Virus record (IMG/VR): IMGVR_UViG_3300044676_001711
Span: 1 to 38,293 of that record
DNA length: 38,293 nucleotides
Strand: one strand, 5' to 3'
DNA from: a virus
Taxonomy: Duplodnaviria > Caudoviricetes
Notes under the pieces: model-generated
Told to the model about the DNA's origin: nothing
What the model saw: only the letters and a program-made list of their open reading frames with translations
Databases searched by the model: none
Translations under genes and position numbers: made by a program
Shown: piece after piece, positions 7,409-14,957 of the stretch
Numbering within the stretch: the first letter of the stretch is position 1
Layout of the letters: every line of letters starts with the position of its first letter

Positions 7409-7685
7409 AGAGCAACGTCGAAGCGTTCTACTGGAAGCAGAAGAAGCTGTTTGCAGCGACCGCAACAAACACTACGGCGATCCCGAAGACAACTTCAACG
7501 ACATCGCCAAACTCTGGACTGCGTACAAAAACGTACTGTTCACACGAGGCGATGTGGCCGTGTTGATGACGCTGGTCAAGATTGCACGCATGAAGACCTC
7601 GCCCGACCTCAAGGACCATTGGGTCGACATTGCAGGCTACGCCGCCTGCGGCTACCCCGCAGCGCTTAAAGACAGCAATCCATGA
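7401..7685 (+). CDS. DUF6378-family protein (all-alpha nucleotide pyrophosphatase-like)
   Basis: DRNKHYGDPEDNF..IA.LW.AY...DVA.LM.LVKIAR...DHWVDIAGYAA. Confidence 0.75.
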   Translation: MSEEQRRSVLLEAEEAVCSDRNKHYGDPEDNFNDIAKLWTAYKNVLFTRGDVAVLMTLVKIARMKTSPDLKDHWVDIAGYAACGYPAALKDSNP

Positions 7686-7771
7686 TTGATATATACATAT
7701 TTATTGTTTTTGTTTGGATATTCATGGTTGCTGCTTTGATTATTTTGTGGAAAGAACCCGATGATGGATGA
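7682..7771 (+). CDS. 29-aa single-pass membrane peptide (not in track)
   Basis: MIDIYIFIVFVWIFMVAALIILWKEPDDG*; ATGA overlap with DUF6378 gene. Confidence 0.5.
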   Translation: MIDIYIFIVFVWIFMVAALIILWKEPDDG

Positions 7772-8021
7772 CAACACTATTCCTGTTGACCGACATTCTT
7801 TGCTCAACCTGTTAGATGAAACATTCGACGTGATCGAATGGCTCATCTCAGTTGACAATCACCCGTCTGCAGCCAAAGTTGACCTTCAAGCTTTGCAGAA
7901 AGCGCACAGAGAGGTGGTGGCAGAGTTTGAAACATGGACCGTGAAACAAATCGAAGACGACTTGTCCAAGCACGACAACGTCACTTCGATATTTACCAAA
8001 CTTCAGTTCTTTAGGGAGTAA
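7761..8021 (+). CDS. Hypothetical protein
   Basis: 86-aa ORF in the coupled gene string. Confidence 0.6.
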   Translation: MMDDNTIPVDRHSLLNLLDETFDVIEWLISVDNHPSAAKVDLQALQKAHREVVAEFETWTVKQIEDDLSKHDNVTSIFTKLQFFRE

Positions 8022-8023
8022 CA

Positions 8024-8185
8024 ATGTTTAGAATCAAATCACATATTGTTGCGCTTGGCCGTGGCAAGTTCATTCCTGGCTGGGTCGTAACAAACGACGA
8101 CAAGTTTGTAGAGTGGTTCCGAACAGAATCAGAAGCTGAACGATTTATTGCACGAAAGAAAGAAGAGCTAACAAGAGATGGCTGA
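8024..8185 (+). CDS. Small hypothetical protein (53 aa, not in track)
   Basis: gggag RBS; MFRIKSHIVALGRGKFIPGWVVTNDDKFVEWFRTESEAERFIARKKEELTRDG*. Confidence 0.6.
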   Translation: MFRIKSHIVALGRGKFIPGWVVTNDDKFVEWFRTESEAERFIARKKEELTRDG

Positions 8186-8549
8186 ACCATTTAGTCCCGT
8201 CAACGGGGTATGGAAAGACATAAATGCGACCAACTGGGATGTTCTAATCGCAGAGTTTGAACAAGTACGAGAAGAACTAATACTCCACCGAGGTCCAGCG
8301 AAAGTCCAACGTATCCAGTCGTTGGCTACTTGCGTTGACACGTTGGAAACGATGCTGTCTCTGTTGCACTACGAGAAGCGACAAACTGTTCACGACATAG
8401 TGTTTTTCGGTGAACGAGGGTCAGCGTCCAAGCTGGCCCGAGAGCTAGGAGTCTCACGCCAACGGATCTCCGATCAGGCGCAGAAAGCCGCACACGAACG
8501 CCTCGCAGGACAGCACCCGATAAAAAAGGTTGCGCGCGAGGTACAGTAA
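8178..8549 (+). CDS. Helix-turn-helix DNA-binding protein
   Basis: SASKLARELGVSRQRISDQ classic HTH. Confidence 0.75.
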   Translation: MAEPFSPVNGVWKDINATNWDVLIAEFEQVREELILHRGPAKVQRIQSLATCVDTLETMLSLLHYEKRQTVHDIVFFGERGSASKLARELGVSRQRISDQAQKAAHERLAGQHPIKKVAREVQ

Positions 8550-8559
8550 CGTTACAGTA

Positions 8560-8591
8560 GGGGAGGGGGGTCCGTGAGTACCCCCCTCCCC
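8560..8591. repeat. G/C-run hairpin related to the window-junction element
   Basis: ggggaggggggt-N8-acccccctcccc flanked by acagta/cagtaac. Confidence 0.75.
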
Positions 8592-8600
8592 CCAGTAACA

Positions 8601-8649
8601 GATGATGGGGGGACGGTTTTTTGTTCTCCTTTCCCGTCCCCCCATCATC
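8601..8649 (+). ncRNA. 16-bp hairpin with anti-Shine-Dalgarno loop
   Basis: gatgatggggggacgg / ccgtccccccatcatc perfect stem; loop ttttttgttctcctttc. Confidence 0.55.
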
Positions 8650-8666
8650 ACATCCAAAGGAGAAGG

Positions 8667-9455
8667 ATGATAGAACTCAACTTACGGCAGTCGTGGATCT
8701 CAACGTTCTTACGGTGTCCTGAACAAGCCCGACAAGAACGGTACGGGCTTGTACAGCAGCAAGAGTCCAGCGACATGCTCCGAGGCAACGCAGTCCACTA
8801 CGCCATCGAAGAAGCAGGCGCAGCCAAGCTCTCTGGCAAAGACGTTGAACTAGACATGATGCTTGATGCAGCCGAGCGTTACATTGCCGACCATGCTCAC
8901 GAGGTCGAAGTTTGGCGCACCGACATAGACCCGCTAGTGGACGTGGTGCGCGCCAACGTTCAAACGTGGCACACCGAACTCAACCCGATCCTGTTTCCCC
9001 GTGTCGACGGCATCGAACGCATGTTTGTCAAGAGTATGGGTGTGCGGCAAGTCGAAGGTTTAGCGTCCCCCATCAAACTGAACTTGCTCGGCACCGCCGA
9101 CTGGATAGACGAATCAGGAATCATCTGGGACTGGAAGAATCCTTCCCGCCACTACGAAGCTTGGGAGAAGCAACGCTGGGACATTCAGTCCCATGCTTAC
9201 ACTTGGGCGCACGGTTTAGACCAGTTCAACCTTGCAGTGTTTGCCAAAGGCAAACTGCAAGTGATAGAAATCGAACGCACCGAACAACATAAACAAGCAT
9301 TCGTTGAAATGTGTTGGTCTATAGTTCCAACTATGCTTTCAAACTCGCCCACATGGCCCATGCGATGGGAAGGATGGCACTGCTCCCCCAAGTGGTGCCC
9401 CGTGTGGCAAGCAGGCCGCTGCCGAGGCGAACACCTCGGCCAAGACCCTTGGTAA
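8667..9455 (+). CDS. Cas4/RecB-like PD-(D/E)xK exonuclease
   Basis: RCP...RGNAVH...GTADWID...WDWK...WHCSPKWCPVWQAGRC (four Fe-S-type Cys); ATG after aaaggagaagg. Confidence 0.85.
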   Translation: MIELNLRQSWISTFLRCPEQARQERYGLVQQQESSDMLRGNAVHYAIEEAGAAKLSGKDVELDMMLDAAERYIADHAHEVEVWRTDIDPLVDVVRANVQTWHTELNPILFPRVDGIERMFVKSMGVRQVEGLASPIKLNLLGTADWIDESGIIWDWKNPSRHYEAWEKQRWDIQSHAYTWAHGLDQFNLAVFAKGKLQVIEIERTEQHKQAFVEMCWSIVPTMLSNSPTWPMRWEGWHCSPKWCPVWQAGRCRGEHLGQDPW

Positions 9456-9475
9456 CTAACGGAAGGAAAAGGGAT

Positions 9476-10219
9476 ATGACCAAAATCAGCGTGTCTTTCA
9501 CGCAAAAAGTTAGCGAGCAGCCATACGAAACGGCTGACTACTCGCTCACCATCGAACAGGACGTGCCAGACGGGCACGACCCTGTTGCCATCGGCAACGA
9601 ACTGTTCGCTCAAGTCAAGAGCGAAGTGCTCAAGCAGGCAGGTTGCGAGTACGACCTGACCCAAGATGGCCTCGTGATGCGGCGGTTCGAAAAAAGCGTT
9701 CGGCCCGTGCAAGCCGCTCCGCAACCCGCCACCCCAGCAGCGCCCAGTGGTGGCCCGACAGCCTCATCCGTCGCTGTCTCCTCTCCCACGGCACCCGCAT
9801 CTCCCGCCGCTCCCGCAGGAGGCGGTGGACGTATGACGGGACGAGTCATGCCACGCACTGAGTTTGTTGTCGGCAAGGACGCCGAGAAGAAGCAGGCAGC
9901 ATTCAACATCTTGGCTTTCCACCCAGCGATGTGGTCTGACGGCGTCGAAGCGTACAAAGTCAAGGAAAAGGCTGACGGCACCACTGATCTAACTCAGAAG
10001 GGAACCAGCTACCCCAACTTCAGCATCAGTGCTTCTGCAATGAGCATGGCAGGGGTCAGCGTGGAACGCGACATGGGTGTCTGGATCAACGCAGGCGACA
10101 GCAATGTGCCGCTCAAAGTCTGGGACGTGCTGAACGGAGAAACTGCCGCTGACGCACGAGAGTGGGACTGGTCTGCCCGTCGTGCTGAACTACAGCAGTT
10201 CGCCTATCAGGGGCGCTAA
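9476..10219 (+). CDS. Replication/recombination-associated protein (possible SSB-like)
   Basis: Between exonuclease and helicase; two domains joined by a Pro/Ala linker; function inferred from position only. Confidence 0.45.
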   Translation: MTKISVSFTQKVSEQPYETADYSLTIEQDVPDGHDPVAIGNELFAQVKSEVLKQAGCEYDLTQDGLVMRRFEKSVRPVQAAPQPATPAAPSGGPTASSVAVSSPTAPASPAAPAGGGGRMTGRVMPRTEFVVGKDAEKKQAAFNILAFHPAMWSDGVEAYKVKEKADGTTDLTQKGTSYPNFSISASAMSMAGVSVERDMGVWINAGDSNVPLKVWDVLNGETAADAREWDWSARRAELQQFAYQGR

Positions 10220-11196
10220 TGACTGAGGGCACAGGTGCCCTCACTGATGCTGAGATTGACGCCCTGCTCGGGGGCGTCAATCTCACGCTGGGGGCAGAAA
10301 AAGAATACAGATACTTTCGCCCAACAAGCGAGGCAGTCGACCGTTGGGTGCAGTACGCAAAAGGTTCCGAAGATTGCTTCTACCTTGGCCTAGAAGAGAT
10401 AGACCAGCGCATGCGCGGGGTTTGGCCGTCCGACGTACTTGTTGTCACTGGACGAGCACATAGCGGCAAGTCGGCAGTATTGCTGTCCTCGCTAGCCTGG
10501 AACCTGCGACAAGACGAGAACTTCCACGCCGTCATCTTCACCCCAGACGAACCAGAAGTTTTAGTCGTAGCCAAGCTTTACGCTCTGCTGTACCAACGCA
10601 ACCTTGCCGAAGTAGAACAGGCACTAGCTGTAGATGACCCGCTGTACCTCGCAGAGATCATGGAAGCCAAAGAGCGGTACTTGGACCGCATCAAAATCTT
10701 CCCCACTGCTCTCAAGTTCCCGCAAATGTCTGAAGCTATGCGTGAATGCGAGGACTACTGGCAGCATCGACCCAAGTTCGTCATGGTTGACTTTTTAGAA
10801 CAGCTACCACAAGCCTCAGGGTACGAAGGCGTATCTAAAGTCTTGAAGAATCTCAAAGAATGGACCGAAGTTGAGAACTTGCCAGTCGGTTTGATTCACC
10901 AATCAGGCAAAGGATCTACCCGAGGCAGCAGCCGAGGCATGGATGACGGCAAGTTCAACGCCGACGAATATGCCATCCTGCAACTCAACGTGTTCAGGAA
11001 ACGAGACGATCCAAAACTCACCGACACCGAAAAACGAATCCATTCAGTTTCAATCAGCTTGGACTTGTGCAAAAACAAACGTCCACCATGTCACATCACA
11101 TCTCCCCCGATTGATTACTACATGGACCCTGACTGCGGGCTGGTTCGCACTTATTACGAGTCGGACGTGCCTCCTGATGACCGATGGATCGGGTAG
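10219..11196 (+). CDS. DnaB-like (SF4) replicative helicase
   Basis: Walker A GRAHSGKS, Walker B VMVDFLEQL, IHQ, KNKR arginine finger. Confidence 0.85.
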   Translation: MTEGTGALTDAEIDALLGGVNLTLGAEKEYRYFRPTSEAVDRWVQYAKGSEDCFYLGLEEIDQRMRGVWPSDVLVVTGRAHSGKSAVLLSSLAWNLRQDENFHAVIFTPDEPEVLVVAKLYALLYQRNLAEVEQALAVDDPLYLAEIMEAKERYLDRIKIFPTALKFPQMSEAMRECEDYWQHRPKFVMVDFLEQLPQASGYEGVSKVLKNLKEWTEVENLPVGLIHQSGKGSTRGSSRGMDDGKFNADEYAILQLNVFRKRDDPKLTDTEKRIHSVSISLDLCKNKRPPCHITSPPIDYYMDPDCGLVRTYYESDVPPDDRWIG

Positions 11197-12071
11197 AAAA
11201 GTTTGCAGCCCTGCACGCTGGGGGTTTCGTCGCTGATGTGGCCGTTGGGGTTCGGCCCATGCTGGAAAACGAAGAGGTTGTAGTAGCTAGTGGTGACAGC
11301 TACACGACACTCATAGAACAGCACTTGTACGGCGACGAAGCCCTCGGCGTGTACCCACTGGTGCAACGCAACGGGCTGTTCTGGGTTAACTGGGTCGCCG
11401 TAGACCTAGACGAAGGCGACGCCTCTGAACCCCACGCAGACAACGTCATAGCCGTTCTTTCCAAACTCTCAATCAAAGGATGGAAAGAAGCCTCACGGTC
11501 CAAAGGCTTTCACGTCTGGGTATACCTAGATCAACCCATGCAAGCCGCAGCGGCCCGCAACTGCATGATCGGCGCATGCCGAATCGTCAACACCCCAATC
11601 AAAGAGGTCTACCCCAAACAGACCAAACTAGCCCCAGGCAAAATCGGCAACTGCCTACGCCTCCCCTACGCAAACACCCGAAACATCGGGCGACAACAAA
11701 TAGGCGACCTGACCTGGGAAGAGTTCACCGACCAAGCTTGGGAAAGCCGCACCCCCCCATACCAACTGCAACGCCTCCACGGGCTGTTCATCAAAACAGA
11801 ACCAGCCAAAACCGACTTTGCCTACAGCGGTAGCCAAGACTCCGATGACTTCACGGGACGCGCCCGACGCATCTGGGAGAACCCGTTTGAACAGGACCGA
11901 AGTAGCACCTTGTACCGCTTCGCAGTGTCGTTACTTGAACGTGACTACTCAATAGAGGCTACAATCTATTGGGTAACCCAGCTAGACGAGCGGGTCGGCA
12001 AGTTCAAAGACCGTGAAGATGGCCCCCGCCAGATTGAACGGATGGTTGAATCGGCCCTAAGGAGCCTCTAA
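11184..12071 (+). CDS. Archaeo-eukaryotic primase (AEP/prim-pol type)
   Basis: WVAVDLD, SRSKGFHVW, EVYPKQ, GNCLRLPY; C-terminal PriCT-like helical domain. Confidence 0.85.
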   Translation: MDRVEKFAALHAGGFVADVAVGVRPMLENEEVVVASGDSYTTLIEQHLYGDEALGVYPLVQRNGLFWVNWVAVDLDEGDASEPHADNVIAVLSKLSIKGWKEASRSKGFHVWVYLDQPMQAAAARNCMIGACRIVNTPIKEVYPKQTKLAPGKIGNCLRLPYANTRNIGRQQIGDLTWEEFTDQAWESRTPPYQLQRLHGLFIKTEPAKTDFAYSGSQDSDDFTGRARRIWENPFEQDRSSTLYRFAVSLLERDYSIEATIYWVTQLDERVGKFKDREDGPRQIERMVESALRSL

Positions 12072-12424
12072 TGCCATCTAAAGGCAAGCAGCACAAGTTC
12101 GTGATACCGCACCGCCCCAAAGCAAAGGAGCGGCCACGGTTCTCTATGAAAGGCGGCTACGCCTACACCACAACAAAGACCCGCACGTTTGAGCAGCTTG
12201 TCAAAGAACACTACAACGGCCCAAAGTTTGACGGGCCTGTATCTTTAGCCCTAACATTTACTCCTAAACGCATCACTGTTTGCATCACCGAGATGCCAGG
12301 TGAGCCTGAGTCGAAACTGAGGGGCGACGTGGACAACTACATCAAGTCAGTGAGCGACGCTCTCAACGGCGTCGCTTACGAAGACGACAAACAAATCCAC
12401 AAGCTGTCAGGCCGCAAAAAATGA
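12071..12424 (+). CDS. rusA: RusA-family Holliday junction resolvase
   Basis: PKAKERPR; DVDNYIKSVSDALNGVAYEDDKQI. Confidence 0.9.
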   Translation: MPSKGKQHKFVIPHRPKAKERPRFSMKGGYAYTTTKTRTFEQLVKEHYNGPKFDGPVSLALTFTPKRITVCITEMPGEPESKLRGDVDNYIKSVSDALNGVAYEDDKQIHKLSGRKK

Positions 12425-12870
12425 CAGGGTTCCACACTGGATCGTACAACGAACGATTCCAGTCAATGGGAGACGAAGCCGAATCCAACTTTGAACGGCT
12501 CAACACAAACTGGATACGATTCGGGTTCAACCGACCCGACGTAGCCAAGTTCTACCAAATCAGCCTCAACATACGAGCCGCTCCTGACTACATACAGTCA
12601 GACCCTGCCCGCCTAGTTGAAGTCATGGGCATGGGATCTAAACCTCTCAAACTTAAGCTAGAGAAGCTTGCAGCGTTGAACTGGTGGAACTCATCAGGCA
12701 TGGACGTATGGCTATGGGTATGGTCCTCTACCAGAGAAGCCTACGCACAAATCCGATATAACGAATTGCTCACGCTCATAAATAAGAACGATGTTCAACT
12801 CGGAAACTTCCATGAAGGAAAGAAATACTTGAGTATTTCTTCTAAGCTTCTAAACTGGGAGGATGGATGA
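12421..12870 (+). CDS. Putative PD-(D/E)xK-fold nuclease
   Basis: GDEAE...APDYI...LVEVMG pattern. Confidence 0.5.
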   Translation: MTGFHTGSYNERFQSMGDEAESNFERLNTNWIRFGFNRPDVAKFYQISLNIRAAPDYIQSDPARLVEVMGMGSKPLKLKLEKLAALNWWNSSGMDVWLWVWSSTREAYAQIRYNELLTLINKNDVQLGNFHEGKKYLSISSKLLNWEDG

Positions 12871-13375
12871 AGATCTTGATGCTTCAGAAGGTGCAAAGAT
12901 CTTCAAAGCTTTACACGAAGCCCGCTTACCGCCATTATCGCGCATTGAATCTACAATCAATGACGACTCCCCCAAGAAACCTGTACCGCTAAATTGGCTA
13001 GCGTTACAGAAAGGTCAACGCCCAAGAACAAAGCTACAAGCTTTGATGGAAGCGTTGCCTTACGAAGAACCTGAAATCTCCTACGAAGAAATCCACGAAG
13101 AACGAGAAGAACTAACCCAAGCTGTGGAAAACGTGTGGGCAACTCTCACCGACACAGAACGTTGGATCTATCACATGCTCGTAGACGTAGGGCTATCCAT
13201 GAGGTTCGTAGCCCTCGCACTCGGCACCCCAAAAACAACGTTCGCCCGCAGACGAGACGAACTAGCCCAGAAGATCAAGACCGAACTACTACGCTACCCA
13301 GCCGTAATAGCCCATCTCACAAAGGATCTTCAGTATCCTCCAGATGGCACAAACATTGATCTAGAAACGTGGTGA
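12863..13375 (+). CDS. Sigma-70 region-4-like HTH protein, probable late-transcription regulator
   Basis: WATLTDTERWIYHMLVDVGLSMRFVALALGTPKTTFARRRDELAQKIK; last gene of the + arm. Confidence 0.75.
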   Translation: MDEDLDASEGAKIFKALHEARLPPLSRIESTINDDSPKKPVPLNWLALQKGQRPRTKLQALMEALPYEEPEISYEEIHEEREELTQAVENVWATLTDTERWIYHMLVDVGLSMRFVALALGTPKTTFARRRDELAQKIKTELLRYPAVIAHLTKDLQYPPDGTNIDLETW

Positions 13376-13640
13376 ACCCCATCACCCAGCTAGTCAACGT
13401 CAACCAACTATTTATGTCGTTGTCTTTAGCCTTCTGACGAGCCAGCACTAGAGCCTCAACTTCTTCTCTAGTCAGCACCAGCAGAACGCCAAGCTGGGAC
13501 TCACGCCATTGTGCGTGAGTCCCGTCGTCCATGTCCAACATGTACTGCGAACGCTCAAAGTTCTCTTCGATCTCGCAGTCAATATCTACACCGACGGACT
13601 CTAACCAGTCGTACCAGATGTCTTCAAAATTAGAGTCCAC
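13317..13640 (-). CDS. Acidic hypothetical protein, last late gene
   Basis: GTG start just after the holin stop (track ORF 13317..13802 trimmed). Confidence 0.65.
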   Translation of the reverse strand: MDSNFEDIWYDWLESVGVDIDCEIEENFERSQYMLDMDDGTHAQWRESQLGVLLVLTREEVEALVLARQKAKDNDINSWLTLTSWVMGFTTFLDQCLCHLEDTEDPL

Positions 13641-13641
13641 G

Positions 13642-13842
13642 TCACCCGAGCGCTCGTCGCCGCTCCACCACAAACGTTTTAAACGCTGAGAACAAAGCTG
13701 CCAACCCCGCTGTAGACGCGCTTTCAAGAGTCGACAAATCAGTAATGACAAACACAGCAAGGAAAGCTTCAGCAGCGGTGTACAAAGCTCGTTCAACTGC
13801 ATCTCTGTACGGCGAAGTCGCCCAGCCCCCCTCGGTACTCAT
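13642..13842 (-). CDS. Holin (r1t-like)
   Basis: DAVERALYTAAEAFLAVFVI, two hydrophobic helices, basic C-terminus; near endolysin. Confidence 0.75.
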   Translation of the reverse strand: MSTEGGWATSPYRDAVERALYTAAEAFLAVFVITDLSTLESASTAGLAALFSAFKTFVVERRRALG

Positions 13843-13997
13843 CGCTTCGATTTCCCGTAAGCGTATGCTTTCTTCTTGGCTGGACCTTTAGCCTTAGCAC
13901 TCCGATTACCGCCCTTAGCAGCAGACGCAGCAGCCCCCTTGGCTGACTGCTTCTTCGCAGGCATCTTAGCAATAGGCTTGACTGGTTTCCTTGGCAT
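13839..13997 (-). CDS. Histone-H1-like basic peptide (52 aa, not in track)
   Basis: MPRKPVKPIAKMPAKKQSAKGAAASAAKGGNRSAKAKGPAKKKAYAYGKSKR*; ATGA overlap with holin. Confidence 0.7.
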   Translation of the reverse strand: MPRKPVKPIAKMPAKKQSAKGAAASAAKGGNRSAKAKGPAKKKAYAYGKSKR

Positions 13998-13999
13998 TA

Positions 14000-14164
14000 T
14001 TACTTCCCGAAAGGTCGGCCACCTGAGTGGGCGTTGGCTAGTTGAGTAGAACGCAGCATGGCTGCGCTATCAGCAGCCTTACGCCCCATCGCATACTTGT
14101 TGGCCTCCGACATAGAGTCCTGATACTGATCTTTGGGGCTGTAAGCCCCACCCTTAGCTGGCAT
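14000..14164 (-). CDS. Small late protein (54 aa)
   Basis: taggaggt RBS then MPAKGGAYSPK... Confidence 0.7.
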   Translation of the reverse strand: MPAKGGAYSPKDQYQDSMSEANKYAMGRKAADSAAMLRSTQLANAHSGGRPFGK

Positions 14165-14174
14165 ATCGCCACCT

Positions 14175-14198
14175 CCTAATAAAGAAAAATACGTCCCA
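14175..14198 (-). promoter_or_regulatory. Putative late promoter motif TGGGAC-N14-TAGG
   Basis: Intergenic; same motif at 22016-22040, 32850-32876, 35301-35326, 38200-38225. Confidence 0.55.
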
Positions 14199-14957
14199 CT
14201 AAAGAAACATGCGGTTCCATGTTGCCTTGTCGACAACGCCGTTAGCTTTCAGCTTCGCAATAAACTGGTACTCTTTGACAGCCCCAGCAGTCATGCGGCC
14301 AAAGATCCCATCGACAGGTCCGCACTCGTAGCCCAAAGAGTTCAGGTGGCGCTGTACAAGCCTGACAGCCTGCCCCCTAGACCGTTTCCACCGAGACAAC
14401 GGGTTCTTCGCTACAAGCTCTCCCAGAGCGTTGATGTAGGCACGAATACCAACCCAATCAACTTCTGGTTGGCTGTCCTGCTTGAGCGGCATGCCGCTTT
14501 GTACCCAGTGGTACAACGTCGTGCCAGGACACGACGTTGGCGCAAAGTCACGATGCCCCTTTACCCAAAGCTTATTGTCATGATTAGTTTGTATGTTAGA
14601 TACAAGCCAAGCAATAGACTCCAACGCACGTTCAGGTACTTCACCAGAACCCCACCCCGTGTAGCAAATCGACTCTGTCTTAGAGTTCCAGCCCCGAGTA
14701 GCCCCCGACACAACATTGTGCCCACGCCCCTCGTAAATGACGCCGTCAGCGTCCACAAGCCAGTTGTAGGCGATCCCTCGCCATCCACGGGTACGCATGT
14801 GGTAGCGCTCAAAGCTCTTCACCTGGGCAGGCCCAGGCTGAGCAGCCCGCACTCCCGAATGGTGCAGCACAATCCCCAACGTGCTGCGACGACGAGTAAA
14901 CGGTTTCGCAGGAGGAACAGCGTTCCAACCTTGACGGCTAATAACAGTCTTGCTCAT
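14199..14957 (-). CDS. Endolysin: PGRP/Amidase_2 N-acetylmuramoyl-L-alanine amidase plus PG-binding domain
   Basis: IVLHHS, GWRGIAYNWLV...IYEGRG, GHRD...TSCPG; C-terminal VDGIFGRMT..AVKEYQ...NGVVD..TW. Confidence 0.92.
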   Translation of the reverse strand: MSKTVISRQGWNAVPPAKPFTRRRSTLGIVLHHSGVRAAQPGPAQVKSFERYHMRTRGWRGIAYNWLVDADGVIYEGRGHNVVSGATRGWNSKTESICYTGWGSGEVPERALESIAWLVSNIQTNHDNKLWVKGHRDFAPTSCPGTTLYHWVQSGMPLKQDSQPEVDWVGIRAYINALGELVAKNPLSRWKRSRGQAVRLVQRHLNSLGYECGPVDGIFGRMTAGAVKEYQFIAKLKANGVVDKATWNRMFL

